A stretch of DNA of 64,000 nucleotides, taken from NCBI GenBank assembly GCA_030141605.1, contig JAQGDQ010000223.1, forward strand, positions 132,204-196,203, read 5' to 3'. The position numbers and the translations under genes were made by a program. Every line of letters begins with the position of its first letter. Position 1 is the stretch's first letter. The DNA is from Tubiluchus corallicola (lineage: Eukaryota; Animalia; Priapulida). The notes under the pieces were generated by a model. The model was not told the DNA's origin. It was given only the letters and a program-made list of their open reading frames with translations, and searched no databases. Of this stretch, positions 28,005 through 41,835 are shown piece by piece.

Positions 28005-28480
28005 ATGAAGGTCCTTGCTCTCCTGGTTGTACTCCTAGCTGGAGCTCATGCTTCAGGTTACGGTAACCGCTTAGTGCGAGTTCACAACCTTGGTCAGTTG
28101 TACAACACAGGAGCTGTACGAACAGGGCCACGTCTGCTCACCTTATTTCGTGGAGTGCAGACAGGTGGTGCCGGACAGACCTCATCTGTAACGACAGGAA
28201 GCGGTGGCAACAGCGATGATGGCGGTGTTTCATCGTCAGGGGTTGCGTCAAGTATTCAGCAAGTAGTGAATGAGGCACCGGCTGTTACATCAGAGCCAGA
28301 GTATTTCACAACTACACGGTTTGGGCCGGAAGGAACTAGGAGCTTTGTAGGATCTGGAGCTCGATTAGCAACTAGATCATTTAACCGTCAGGGGGGTGTA
28401 ACCGGAAGTCTGTTCGTCAGGGATCAAGCGCAAGCATCGGAAACAGCCAAAAAGTCGCGAGCCTACGAATATTCGTACAG
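28005..28480 (+). CDS. Secreted Gly/Ser/Thr-rich protein, coding exon 1
   Basis: ATG followed by a classical signal peptide MKVLALLVVLLAGAHA; GC-richer open frame; donor TACAG|GTAAGT (phase 2). Confidence 0.85.
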
Positions 28481-29166
28481 GTAAGTGCAGTGAATGCGTG
28501 TACTCGGACTGTTTTATACGTTTTTAGTGACTTGCACATTTTTGACAGCAGAGCCTCTCTAGTACCGGATGCTTATTTACTTAGCATAAATATGTTGTGT
28601 TTGTGAAAAAAAAACGTTAGGAAGAAAGCGATTGCTTTGATTAGATTATGACTGTGAATACCAGAATTCTGGGATTCACTATCATAATCTAATTAATGAT
28701 ATTGTTAACTGCTACCTAATTTGAAAAAAAAAATTGAAAACGATTTCTTCTTGTCAGAACACCGGTGCCTAGTGTGTCTGCTTAGTTGCATTTACACATA
28801 TTCTGTTACATATTTGCATGCGAATTCTAAATGAGACTGATTCCGAATAATTAATTTTCTGTCAGTTGACGTCAAGCAATTCTGCGTCAAGCAAAATGAA
28901 GCTTTATTTATTTTTGCATTTTTAGCTAGTAATTTGCCTAATGCTAAACTCTCTAGGATTTCATTGTTGCTGAAACTGGTCTGGGGCTTAAGCAGAATCT
29001 AGTGGAAATTACAATAAAATTATAATACGTACAGCAAGTAAAGATGATCAGAATGACAAGCTGCATGTATAATATGCAATATACATGTATAATTTAGGGA
29101 AATTAAGGCAGATATATATATATATATATATATATAAACAAAATTCAAATTTACTTGCTTTTGCAG

Positions 29167-29356
29167 GGAGGGGCATAGCTACACCCAACCAAGTGAGCTT
29201 TATTCATATGACATTGTAGAACCTATTTGGGGATTGGCTTATTCATCAAACGTTTACCGAAGCGACGGTGTTGGAACCACCGGAACAGGAAACATTCGTG
29301 CAGACTATGCCGGAACCGGAAAAATTCGTACAGGCTTTGCGAACCACTATTTCTAA
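29167..29356 (+). CDS. Secreted Gly/Ser/Thr-rich protein, coding exon 2 (terminal)
   Basis: Acceptor TTTTGCAG|; phase matches exon 1 and reads REGHSYTQPSELYSYDIVEPIWGLAYSSNVYRSDGVGTTGTGNIRADYAGTGKIRTGFANHYF*; total CDS 666 nt; AATAAA at ~29685 and ~29719. Confidence 0.8.
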
Positions 29357-30141
29357 GTGATAATTGTATACCCAGCCTTTCCTCTAAAATGATTTCATCG
29401 TGAACGTTATAAATCATCATTAGAATAGCGAAAAATGGAAAGCGTGCACTAAATTTTATACTTTTTATATTGGTTTACAATCGTAGAGCCTGTTTTAGTG
29501 ATAAGCGACAGCACTTATTATTCATAGTTACAACATATTCGATATCAAGATTGTACTGTTACACTCTTATTCACTTTATGGCCTTGCGAATGTCACAGTT
29601 GCTTTACTCGTGTTGCATTTACTGTGTTATTTGAAAATTCAGCTGTTCCTTGATATGTATGTATATATTATTTAATGAAAACCAAATAAATATATGTATA
29701 TGTTATTTAATGTAAAACAAATAAACAATTTGTGCAAACGAAATAATTATCTAGGCTTTTGCTCTCATAATCCATCTTCAAGACAAACGATAGATCTTAG
29801 CTCAGGCCAAATTTTACAACGAATTAGAAAACTATTCAATAGATCCGAGAGATCTTAGAAGTTCCATTCGTATTTTTGACCAGCCCTGTGAATTTGATGA
29901 CAAAACACCAAAGTACGATAAGATATTAACGTTAAAGAAGTTAATGAAATTATTTTTCTTTTATAATTTATTTATGCTTGTTGGGTGCTAGTAGATTTTT
30001 ATGGTGGGGTGCAACTCTTTATCTTCCAACACATCCACAAATCTGACTAACCTGTTGTGCAATTTACGTGGGCGGTTGTTGTCCTACAATTTACCAGAGG
30101 GCAACAAAGCATATGAGCCAAAAATTCAACGACAAGGTATA

Positions 30142-30756
30142 CCGTGAAACGGGGTGAGTTCGCCACCCGAGGGTGAGTTCGCCACCCCTTACGTAATGCC
30201 CTTTGTAGGTTTGCTGTAACTATTGTTCAGTGTTTAATGAACAGATATCATGATCACCGTCATTATAAACAGTTTGCGACAGTTATCTTCTTTCAATTCG
30301 CACTAGAAGTATTCCATTCTGCGCTACATATTATTTGTCTACTATTTCTTGCTACTTAACATGCCACGCACCTGCACCACCCCTGTGCCGGGTCATAGAT
30401 ACCAAAATTATACCCCAGAAGCTCTGGAAGCTGCCCTACATGCCGTTCAAGACGTTCAAGCCTTCCTTGCCAACGTAGGAGTTTCTATTTGAAAACTAAA
30501 ACTAGACATTTTTCATAATTTTTTCATAGGGTGGCGAACTCACCCCCAACCAGCCAATCACAATCACTTAACTTCAGCTGCCTAGAATGGCATTAAACAG
30601 TGTTAAATTGTTAGTGGCGAATTCACGCCACGATAGTGTTTCATTCGAAAGGCAATATAAAGCTTGAACTAAGAAAATCGGTTGGGTAATTCTCTTGCTA
30701 TGGCAGGAAACGTAAAAATTACCCCTAAAAAGTGGCGAACTGACCCCGTTTTACGG
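30142..30756 (+). mobile_element. pogo/Tigger-like non-autonomous DNA transposon
   Basis: 25-bp TIR CCGTGAAACGGGGTGAGTTCGCCAC (23/25 match), TA TSD, empty site seen in LTR copy 2. Internal MPRTCTTPVPGHRYQNYTPEALEAALHAVQ (from 30361) resembles the HTH_psq N-terminus of pogo transposases. Confidence 0.85.
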
Positions 30757-31702
30757 TAATAAATATGTCTTTAGAGAGGTTGCAATATCGAAGGGCTCAC
30801 TTGAAAAACTAGCGGGTCTAAGGCTTGATGTTACGTTTTACGGCGGTCTACTTAGGCATTATGGTTTTCCATGTTGACCATGACATACATAGATTTCAAT
30901 CATTCCAACAACAAAATCTCATATGAAATGGGAGAAAAGATTACGATTATTTTTACTGTTTTTATTTACTTTTTAGTTCGTTTAGATAAATCAGAATATG
31001 TCATATTATCACAACTATCAATAGCGGTTTCGCAAAAACGCAGTTCACAATAACAAAAATGACAAAGTAAGAAGAAAACAAAATGTCTACTTAGGAGTTG
31101 ACCCTTCCGCTGAGAGGACAAGGACATGGGACAGGAGTCCGCGGACGTAGTTCACTCCAATCAGTCACAGCAACACATCAACTACTTCAGTCTATAGCCA
31201 TAACAATCAACGGTGATGACGCTGGCTGCAGCACCGATCAAACATGAACTAAAGAATGGCCCACAAGACTTTGTGGTTGACTCAGGATACGTCCACAACG
31301 TCTGGATACTGGTGGCCAGGCACGCCTTTCCATGTAGTTTAGAATTAGGTACATCGTAGAGTGTTCCAACATCTCATCAGTGTGAATAAAGCTCCATCCA
31401 CAACATCAAAACTAAAGTAGTTTGGTATCACCACTGATAGTCTCTTTATGTTAGATCAGTCAAACAGCAGATGTGCACAAATTCAGTGCTTCGGAAACTC
31501 TTAACCAAGTTTAGGATTTTAATCATTTTATATAAAGTAAAGTTAAAGTTAAAAGTTAAAGCATTTTTGGAAGTTTCAAGACTAAGCAGTTCCATTATAC
31601 TATCCTGGATATCTGTGCAATGCACTTTCCAAAAATCATTTTAGATAGCATGGATATCTAAAAACCAAAAAGCATGGATAGGTTATAACATATTATGAAA
31701 GG

Positions 31703-33117
31703 CACAGGCGTACGGGGTCCCTGAATTTTTTTTGGGGGGGGCAGAGGATTCTTTGCCTGAATTCTTAGAATTTCACCAGACTTTTAAGCCCCCGTTTCAA
31801 CAAGTACAACCTTACTAAGTTCCAGATAGCGAATACAAAAAGGTATGACATAAGACTGAACTCATGAAGCTGATCAACATTATTTATTAGCCATATTGAA
31901 ATGTGATGCACAACACATGATATCGCCCATATGACCAGATATCTTGATAAGCTGTGCTTGTTTGATTATGCGCAAGCACCTGAATCATTAGGTTTCAAAG
32001 ATTGTCATTGATTATGGTATTAACAGTGTCCTAAGAATCAGAAGAACAGAACAGCTTACTTCCAGTGAATATTGAATGACTGAGATGACAGAGCAATGGA
32101 CCAGTAAAGAGGAATTATCCATATTGTATGACTAATATACGAATCGGTTACATAATCTGTCAAATCAGCAATCACCACGCAAGATGCAATAACTAAGAAT
32201 GCAGCTATGCACAGACACTTGCCACTTTCTCACGTCGGTCAAATTATCCCAGAAAAAGAATTTATCACGTTTGTTTCGGCGGCCGAATATGTCAATTATT
32301 TGCTCCATCTTATAGGGACTTGAGATCCCTATCTGCACATCGAAGTCGACAACAGAACTGTTGAACCAAGCAGTTTGACAAACTGATTTGATGAAGCAAA
32401 ACTGAGAACTGACACCGTCAACGATAAGCGAGAAAAGCAACATTTTGATTTTTGTGCCCCTTTCCGCAAAGAGCTATGATGTTTCTGAAATAATTGTGAC
32501 TTCTTAAACGTTTCAGTTCTTCTTCTGCGCCAAGCAAACGATGGAAAATCCAGAAAATCAAAGAGCGCACACAATACAGGCAGTAAGTCCAGATCCTAAA
32601 TAGATAAAGGATCAGAAATCGGAAAGCACAAATCAGAATTTTGTAATATGAAATAACCGGGAATTTGATAATCGCTGGCGAACAATCAATGCGCGCGCAC
32701 CGAAGACAGGAAGCGATAAGAGTTTTATAAACAATAGGAGACCTGCAGACAACCCAGCGACTAGTATATGTTCAATTTTGCGAATGCTAATTGTTTCCAG
32801 ACCACTCTCACTGCCGGTCCGGGACCGGGAGTCGGCGCGGACGACGCCTCCTGTGAGATCAAGATCCGGGCATCCAAGTGCATGGCATAAATATTACACT
32901 CACAAGGTTCGGGCCATATTTGCATTCTAGGAAAAAATAAGGCGATGACGATTGAAATCTTAAAAAATATCAATTTTGAAGTTGAAAAAACTATTTTCTG
33001 AAAATATAAAGGGCAGTTCTGCCCGAATTTGGGCGTCAATTTTGCCCGAATTTTTTGAAACCCGAAAAATTGGGAAGGGGGCAATCTGCTTCCCTGAACC
33101 CGCCCCGTACGCCAATG
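31703..33117 (-). mobile_element. hAT-family non-autonomous element
   Basis: TIR CACAGGCGTACGGGG / CCCCGTACGCCAATG (13/15); 8-bp TSD ATGAAAGG/ATGAAATG; single ATGAAAGG empty site in LTR copy 2. Minus-strand MEQIIDIFGRRNKRD weakly resembles the end of the hAT dimerisation domain. Confidence 0.8.
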
Positions 33118-34422
33118 ATGAAATGAAGGGTGATAGGTAGGAAGCCCTTCTTACAGACTATACTACAGCAATAACTAGTTTAGCTATGTGTAAGAACCGT
33201 AAAATGCTACTAACCTATTAAACGCATAATTTAGCAATATTTTTAATTTTTAATTACAGTAGACAATGTTAGTGTCTGCATTATCTAACATTTTTTAAAT
33301 TGACTATAAAAGGAACTTCTCATAGTTATAATGTAAACACGATAGTTAATAGACAAATACATTTTTTTCAGTATAATATGATTTGTACTCATCCAATCAT
33401 CATCATAGCCCATTACGACTGTTGTATACATTGGGCAGGCTGAACTCTAAAATAAAAGAAATCCGTCCTCAAAGCAGGTAAACGCAGCAGTTAATCCAGC
33501 AAAAAGCTTAACACCGCTATGTCCAGTGGCTTGTCAGCACCACTTCCGTTACTGATTTGTACTCTACTATTTTAATTTTCTAAGAGCAAACCCATAAGAA
33601 CCATAAGCTTAGTATTGGATGGGGGGGGCAATATAGGGGCTTGTTACCATGGATTGTTAAAATACATGCAACAGTCTACAGTAAAACTACTACATACATG
33701 ATTCACCTATACAGTAAAAGATCTTAAGCGAATTCTTCATCTTGCCAGCTTTCAAGTAATTCGTTTTCGCCAACAAAACCCGCATATCAGTTCATAAATC
33801 ATTTAGGATCAGTAGAAAAACGCAGAAATTAACTTTAGTTCTTAGACTCCCAAGACAGATGGCCGCCTTTGTAGAACTCGCTTCCTAACTGATATAACCA
33901 CTGACAGGAAATATTGTATAATTATGAAGTAAAATTTTCAGGCTGTGAGTGGTTGGTTTTGCTGAGGATATTAAGTGCCTTTTAAAGCAGAATTAATAAG
34001 TGTATTGATTTATTGCAATGGTTTTGTTGAGTGGAGAACACTATCCTATTGGTAAGAAAAGTAAAGAAGATATTTCTTAAAATTAAGACAATCTATAGTG
34101 ATGTTTGCTTAAATCACCCTACCGGGGGAATTTACAGTGGCCCTTTACCATTCTACAACACAAGGTTTCGAAAAAATTGACAATGAAGCATTCAGTAATT
34201 AAGGGTGTAAAAAGCTATAACTAAGGCTCATGCTTACTTCACCATCAGTAACTGGGATTTGTAAATGTATCTTGTAAATTTAATAATGTTTATATAGGTT
34301 TTGTGTGGTAAATAATGAAATAAAGTGAAATTCAATTTTAGCTGGTAAATTGGTAGGTGTAAAAATACATCACATATTTATCTCTCGCAAATTTATCACG
34401 TACACGCTTTAAAGTTCTGATT

Positions 34423-34500
34423 ATTATTCTTGTTATTATTATTATTATTATTATTATAATTATTATTATTATTATTATTGTCATCATCATCATCATTATT
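34423..34500. repeat. (ATT)n/(CAT)n microsatellite
   Basis: Directly visible. Confidence 0.9.
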
Positions 34501-36366
34501 AGACACACGTATTACACTTAAAATTCTTCGCGATATCGATTTCCGACTTTTATACTGAACATTAGATCAGTTGTTCTCCCGAAGCGAAAGACTTTATTAA
34601 AGATAAGATAGGAAGGCAGTAAGAATTTTTTTGAATCAAGGCTGCGTAGTTTTCTTCCTTGATGCATGTGTTTTATCAGAACTTACAAAGGCATAGAGTA
34701 ACTAACCATGTCATCAATTTCAACCGCCCACATTAGTCATTAATTTTTCCAGGCTTTCATCAATATCGTACTGTTTATAACTAATTTGTCGCACCCTTTC
34801 ATTTACCCACTTACTTAACAACAAGATATATTTCTATTTTTCTTTCGTTTTTAGCTGAATAATTAATACATTTTTTGCGATCGTCTACCTATGGCATTTG
34901 TATAACTGACACATTTATCCTGTGAAAGGCTTTAATATAGATTTTTCCTGTTAGCCAATCAGTAACTGAGTCATTGCATTTGCATTTATTACTAATGTAC
35001 ATGTGATTGCAATGTTTTCTTCAAATAAAATATTGTTTAAGCTAACCGCCAATATCTTGGCTGTACTACAACAAAACTACCACCATGTTAATCAGACAAG
35101 AAAACTGTATGATTATGTAAAATGGATTTTCCAATGTTCAGCTTTGTTACCTCGCAGTGTTAATGCAGAGACAAACATTTTCTGACGTTAAAAGTCATGC
35201 TTTATATTTTACCTCATACATAAGTAATGAGGATGCATTCAGTCGATGGCACAGTTGAATTCAGGGAAAGACAAGAAATGTTCTGCAAATGTGTCTTTAT
35301 CCGCGAAAGCAAGCGTAGCGGATCTAGGATTAGATTAGATTAGATTAGATTCGTTTATTTCAACGTAAAAATCATACAAAAAACATAAAAACACTTACAA
35401 CACACTACAATAAAATATTATAATAAAAGTTACGCTAAAATATCATTATATACATTTAGTAAATAAGCATTCAGATGCTATCACGTTCGACGATTTTTAT
35501 TTGCATACAACCTGTTGTTCCGCATCTTAAAATAACAAGATTGTATAATATGCACGGAGCTGACAATAGCCAGTAGATGTTTATAGTTCACATGTTCTAG
35601 TAATCGTTTTCTTATACTGAACAGGCTTTCCTACAACGGTGCGAAAAATGTGGCAATGACAAATTTTGCACACATGCCAGAATAACTACAATCATATGAT
35701 AATTTAAACAGCTTCCTGATAGCAACGCGTATTTTGTTAAAGACGTTACTGTCAAATTTTGTCGCTGGGAGAACTCCTTACGGCGAATTTTCAGCATTGT
35801 GTTAGCAGGTAACCATTAATAAAACTTCATATTGTTTATAGGCCCGAGACAGGAGCCACAATGTGAAAATTACAGCAAACGACTTTGTTCATCAACTTGT
35901 AACATTAAATAACTCCAAAACTATAGTACGCAAAGTCACGAAATTTCAAATTAATCACTAGCATCGTATACATTGTTAATGACCCTTATGCGTATTATTC
36001 TAGAAGTGTTGAAATAAGTTAACCATACTCAACCAGGTATAGTCAGGTATAAACATAATCAGAGCGTTACGCTCGCTGATTTGTATCAGAATTCATTCAG
36101 TCTTGTGCCTGAGAAAACACGTGAAGTGTCGAGTAAGTGTACTAGACAGGTAATCGCCAACGCCATTTCCACTTGTCATATTATATTATATTATAATCAT
36201 CAACATCATCTGATGTCAAGATCACTGCCATCACTACACTAGTACTGCCGCTACCATCACTACTACTGTACCATCACTTTCAAAACCATCGCCAGCGCAA
36301 GCTGAAGCAGAAACGGTGGCACGACTGGTAATACCACATTCAATTTTTATTTTTACTTATTTAAGT

Positions 36367-36778
36367 TATTATATTGTATTGTATTGCATTGTATTGTATT
36401 GTATTGTATTGTATTGTATTGTATTGTATTGTATTGTATTGTATTGTATTGTATTGTATTGTATTGCATTGCATTGCATTGCATTGCATTGCATTGCATT
36501 GCATTGCATTGCATTGCATTGCATTGCATTGTATTGGATTGCATTGCATTGCATTGCATTGCATTGCATTGCATTGCATCGCATCGCATCGCATCGCATT
36601 GCATTGCATTAGATTAGATTATAAAGTATTGTATTGTATTGTATCGTATCGTATCGTATCGTATCGTATCGTATCGTATCGTATCGTATCGTATCGTATC
36701 GTATCGTATCGTATCGTATCGTATCGTGTCGTATCGTATCGTATCGTATCGTATTATATTATACTATATTATATTATT
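36367..36778. repeat. Compound pentanucleotide microsatellite (TATTG/CATTG/CATCG/GATTA/TATCG/TATTA)
   Basis: Directly visible; accounts for the many repetitive ORFs at 36316-36833. Confidence 0.97.
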
Positions 36779-37250
36779 TATTTGGGCACAAAATTACAAT
36801 AAAGAAAAAGTGAAAAAGCACACAAAGAAATAAAAAAGCACATGAACAATATTAAGCCTTCACTAGCGTGCCAAGGCCAGCAGCAGGGAACTAAATCCCC
36901 AAACAGCAAGATGCCCGCTGGTCCATATTTCACCTCATTACAATGCCATATAGCCCAAAAAATCAAGTTGCAGTCTACATGTCTACACGAATCTGTAGGT
37001 TACAGATAATAAATTTGCCGTTAATAGAATCAGCCAGATTAATTTACCAAAAACAATACAAACACCAACTTATACCAATTTAGTTGTTCTAGTGTATAAC
37101 ACTAGATGCTGGTGATAACAGGTTCAGCACGGCTACGAATCAGGAAATTCCATATTTTGCTGGTACTGCACGCTGGCAGTGTAGAGAGGCATCATAGTAG
37201 GTGAACCACCCAGAAGTAGTTTTTCCGGTGGTCAACCGTCTATTTACTGT
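36779..37250 (-). mobile_element. Highly degenerate LINE 3' remnant
   Basis: Minus-strand LEQLNWYKL resembles 'LxxLNWLxV' of CR1/L2 ORF2; AATAAA lies directly before the pentanucleotide array, as in LINE tails. Confidence 0.3.
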
Positions 37251-40200
37251 CCAGGTTTGACATTAGAACCTTAGCTATTACTTTAAATTTCTTGTGCAAT
37301 AGTTCTCGTAACTTACTTCACAAAGGGTTAAGAATCTGCTCAAGGCGCAGTTTATTTGCAGCAGCAGCAAAAGTCTTGCTTCACGTCTCGTCAGGCTTAT
37401 AAATTTCCCTCATGCCATGAACCATAAAGCGCATTATTAACTTCTTGTTAGTGCTTGTCATAGATTTATTGTGGAGCGTGGTTTCGTTTTATCTATGTCT
37501 GTTTCTGTATCTCAGAGTGGATGACTTAATCATTCGAAGCCATATTCTATATATGTACCTAAAATTAAACCACAACCTGACGATAAAAACCATTTGTTTA
37601 AAAGTCAAAAGCAGCATTTTAAGCGGTAACAACATTGAGTTGGTTATCTTCTTACGTATACGTCAGTGTTCAAGATTATAAATTTTATGAATTATCATTA
37701 AATGGTGCAGAACATAAATTCATAATTATTACCAATAGGTAATCAAGACGCCAAATTATTTGCAAAAACGGAACGTAGTGTAGTCAAGTCATGTCTAATC
37801 TGTATTTGACCAATGCACCACAGAAGACGAGCCTAATCAGCTTAACACAGAATTAATCAGAGTAATGAACATTTACAATTTAACATCGCTAATATGAGCT
37901 CAAGAAGACTTGATATCAAACGTAGCTCCTTCATCGCTTTTTACATTAATTAAATGCGCATTTAGAAATCAGTCTGACAACAAATAATTGTTTAGAGTTC
38001 GTTTGTGTCTGTTGAAAGAAGGGAAACACGGCAGGCAATTAGTTACTCATGGAAAAATCAGTCAAGAAAAAACTTACACAAAACGTATGACACAAATTAC
38101 ATAAAACTTTGTACTCACGTATTGGCCACAAGCAGTATATTGCCCATTCAACAACACCACATCGTAGCCAAAAAGGTAGTCGAAGTACCATGGGGTGCTC
38201 CTGGTTTAACATAGGTCCACCGCCTCCGCCGCCATTGCCAGTTAAAAGTTCCATCGTTTAATATGGATGAGGTGGCTCAGAACAAAGTCACCTAGCTTCA
38301 CAAACTTTGAAAACTGTGTCGGCAAAAATACCTGGTGATTTACAAACTTGCAATACCAAAAAGACTTTTGTGCATAGAACCTATAAGCGATTTTCTTTCT
38401 CTCTCCCCGTCTGTGTTTTTTGGAGTTTTTACGAGAAGCAACGCACTTTTGACCAGCTAAGGTGTTAATGAGCTTGTGGCAAGCAGATGTATCGTTCCGG
38501 GTCAGTATTCTTCACAAAACTCAAACGAACCTTCAAATCTCACGGTCACCTTAGTTCTCGCCTGACAAAACAAACAAAACTGATATCACAGTTATGTTTC
38601 AAGTTGAAGGGATTCATTACACGCTGGAGATTTCATTCATACGTGCAATAGTTGCAACCGTCGACGCAAAGAAATTAATGACAGGAACGTGACTGCAGCT
38701 TTGCTCACCTGTGTCGTCACGTCACATCAGCCAAAGATTTTCATTTTCTTTTATAACCAAAAACAATTTGAACCAGTCCTAGCCCATCTCAGAAACACAA
38801 TTGCCAAAGAACTAGCGACTTTTCTTGAAGATAATGGATCAATATTGTAGAGCTCGTCTCAAGACAAGTTTTGTTCTGTTGCACACATTTCAGACATTCT
38901 TCACCTTTTATGATCCATTTCGTCGGGAATGTAAAATACAAATTGATTTGTGAAGGGAAGACAAAGCGAGTGAAAACAGTGGTCAACGAAAACGATGACG
39001 TCAGCAAAATGAGCTATAGAGACTTTCACGTTCACTATATACCTTCCGAAATTAAAGAGCGTTATATTACTAGAAGTAACCTAGCCAACGTGGAACATAG
39101 AGCAGGGATTCATAAACTTTTCTTGAGTCAGGGCCATTTTGAGAGTCTGGATAAAACTGTTAAAGGGAAAGAAAAAGCAATGTTAAACTGTGTCCTAAAA
39201 ACGTTTTATGCAAAGTTATATTACTCAGCATTGCAATTACCTGCTCGAAGACTTACGTAACTAGGAAAGAAAATTTTGTGTAATTTAAAATAATCCTATC
39301 AAGTGGTAGAAGTCGCTTATTAACTTTCTGAGCGTGCGAATTTCTCACCTTCTCATCAAAAAACGTACTTTTAATCTTATTGACAAATACAGTAATTTTA
39401 AAAATTGTTTAGTGAAGAGTGCGCTACTAATACTCTGATTGTGTTTTCAAACTTTATGGAGTGTTATCTCAACCTGTTTCAAATTATTTATCCTCAAAAT
39501 GGCTGCACCTAACGGTCGTCGCGGGAGTTTAAATTTTCAAGTTTTACACGGCGCTACTGCTAACGCAAGGCTTGTATGCAATAAGACAACATGTGAGTGG
39601 TACAAAATTTCAAGACGAATTTTTCAAGTTTTATGTAAGTAAAGGGTTTTCTTGTGCTTTAAGCCATGCCTATAACAATGCGCATAAGCATACAAAGGTA
39701 ACATTTTTCATCGGATGAATACGATTTATTTTACTGGAAAATCATTATTATTTTTCGCACACACATAACAATAATTTACAGGTATTTAGGATTCTCATTT
39801 TTCGTACCCAATTAATAAACATTCCATGACAAAATGAGAGACATAAAGCTGTTTTAAGTTAAACAAAAGCAAACTTTAAGTGTGCTCAAAAGTTCATTTT
39901 AATAAAAAATGTTTTAAGAATCTAACATTGGAATAGTGTTAACACGGAGCTAACACTAATATTTTGCACACAATGAATACACGTTATTCTACTGGAAAAT
40001 CATTATTAATTTTTCTGCGTACACACAGTACTAATTGATAAAAATAATAACTATTTTTAATAGTGTTTGACTCTGTGATTTTATGAGGTATTTGAATGTG
40101 CGTAATAGCATTCCATTTGCTGTTTTTTTCTGCAGTCACCTAAAAACGTGCGTAATCCTTGTATACGTTTACTTATGCATACATTATACAGTAAAAATAA

Positions 40201-41740
40201 TAAAATAATGGTTAGATTTTTAAATTCTTATCTGACTGCTACGAGTCTTCTAAAGTCAATACAGAAAGATTTTACTTAAGAGGACCACAGACACTTGGGA
40301 CAAACAACTTTTAATATTTCTCGCTGACGCTAATAAAATGAATTTATAATACAAGAAACTTTCCATATTTCTACTCATTTCGTCACTTTACTATCATCGT
40401 TCATTAAAAATGAAGAATAAAAAAAAGGAGAGTTTTGGTAAATTTGGCTCGTTAACCCAAATTAAACATTTAATAAGAAATCCCAAACATGCAAGTCGTT
40501 ATTACTCGAATGTGTATACCCAGCAGTTACAATTAATCATCTACGGCTGTTTAGTAAGTCCTGGGGATGACAATGACAATGACAGCGAGGCAAGATTCAC
40601 GTCAATGATTACCGTTGTCTTTTCCATGTTTTTGATGACTTCATCTTTCGTGCAGGCAGACTGCTATCATCGAGTACGCGCACATTCAGGAGAAGATTTG
40701 GCATCTCTACTGCTAGTTGAGTCTGTCAGGTCATGTACGGCTATCGTTTAAGGTTGAAAATTCCAAGGGGTTTATCTGAACCTGCTTGAATATTTTTGGC
40801 AAAACACAAAAAACGGACAAGAGCAAATTCAGCTACAGTATTGAACAGTGATAATTTGCTCTAGGACAAGCATGGTCAAGAATTTGAAAACTTATTATGC
40901 CTTATATTTGTATGTCCATTACCGTTATGGGTGGAGATAAGATACTCTTAAAATACAATAATGGGTTGTATAATAATAAAAACATAAAAATGTGGAGTGT
41001 AGCCTCTGTGTAAAGGTGCTACAATTCTTGCTTAGATCGAAAGCTGAAAAGTCAGAATTGAATTTGTTACATGTTTGGTTTTGGACTCTTTTGCTGGATA
41101 TCAATTAAAGCTGTCTTTGTGTTTATGACGCCAACATCAAGACCACACACTTCTGAAATCTTACTGGTTACTACTACCAACATTATATAGAAGTTGCAAA
41201 CATCATTTACATCTACTAGAGGATAGGCTATTTACAGTGGCAAAATAAATTACTTAGATATGAGAAATCCTCAATCGAACTTAGTTAGATAGACAGTAGA
41301 TCTGGCGCTTTCTATACTTGCTTTGGAGCGTCATCTGGCGTTAAAACATATGGAAAATGAAACATTGCCGTAGTAAACAGATCATTGCTTCTACCGTTTT
41401 TTTATTCTGCAAAGAACAATATTTTTAATGTTTAATTACAATAGCTATGTTATATTTAGTACAATATTATTACAACAAATTATTCCAAAGCTAATGTACT
41501 GCACTAAAGCTGCACACTAGCGTTGGCTCCAAAACCTTATAATGGCAATTAATTTACAATACAATACAACAAAATCCATGCTCACCGAAATAGTAGGAGA
41601 ATGACAATTAAAAGAATAGCAAAAACTTGTAATGCCATCAGACCTATCATGGAACCAGTCAGAACTCGGTAAGACCATTCAAATGACCGCATGGCACAGA
41701 ACATGTCAGTGTACGAACACTCCGTAGCGTAATGAGCCCT

Positions 41741-41835
41741 GTAATGTAATGTAACGTAATGTAACGCAACGAAACGTAATGTAATTTAAGGTAATCAATG
41801 TAATATAACGTAACGTAAGATGTAATGTAATGCAA
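41741..41835. repeat. Degenerate (GTAAT/GTAAC)n pentanucleotide repeat
   Basis: Directly visible. Confidence 0.85.

Larger units (their letters stand above)
29979..33203 (-). mobile_element. Solo LTR (copy 1) carrying two nested DNA transposons
   Basis: Starts TGTTGGG and ends ACCGTAAA (ACCTTACA in copy 2); 5-bp TSD ATGCT (29974-29978, 33204-33208). Colinear with 56493-57648 once the insertions are removed. Orientation inferred only from TATA-like and AATAAA motifs on the minus strand. Confidence 0.85.

Noticed and set aside
36316-36833. Cys/Tyr-rich repetitive proteins (CIVLY, CIALH, MQCNA ORFs)
   Set aside because: Translations of a pentanucleotide microsatellite, open in many frames on both strands.
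38871-40751. ORFs of 129 aa and 113 aa
   Set aside because: No homology recognised, no coherent splice signals, and composition matches AT-rich intergenic DNA.
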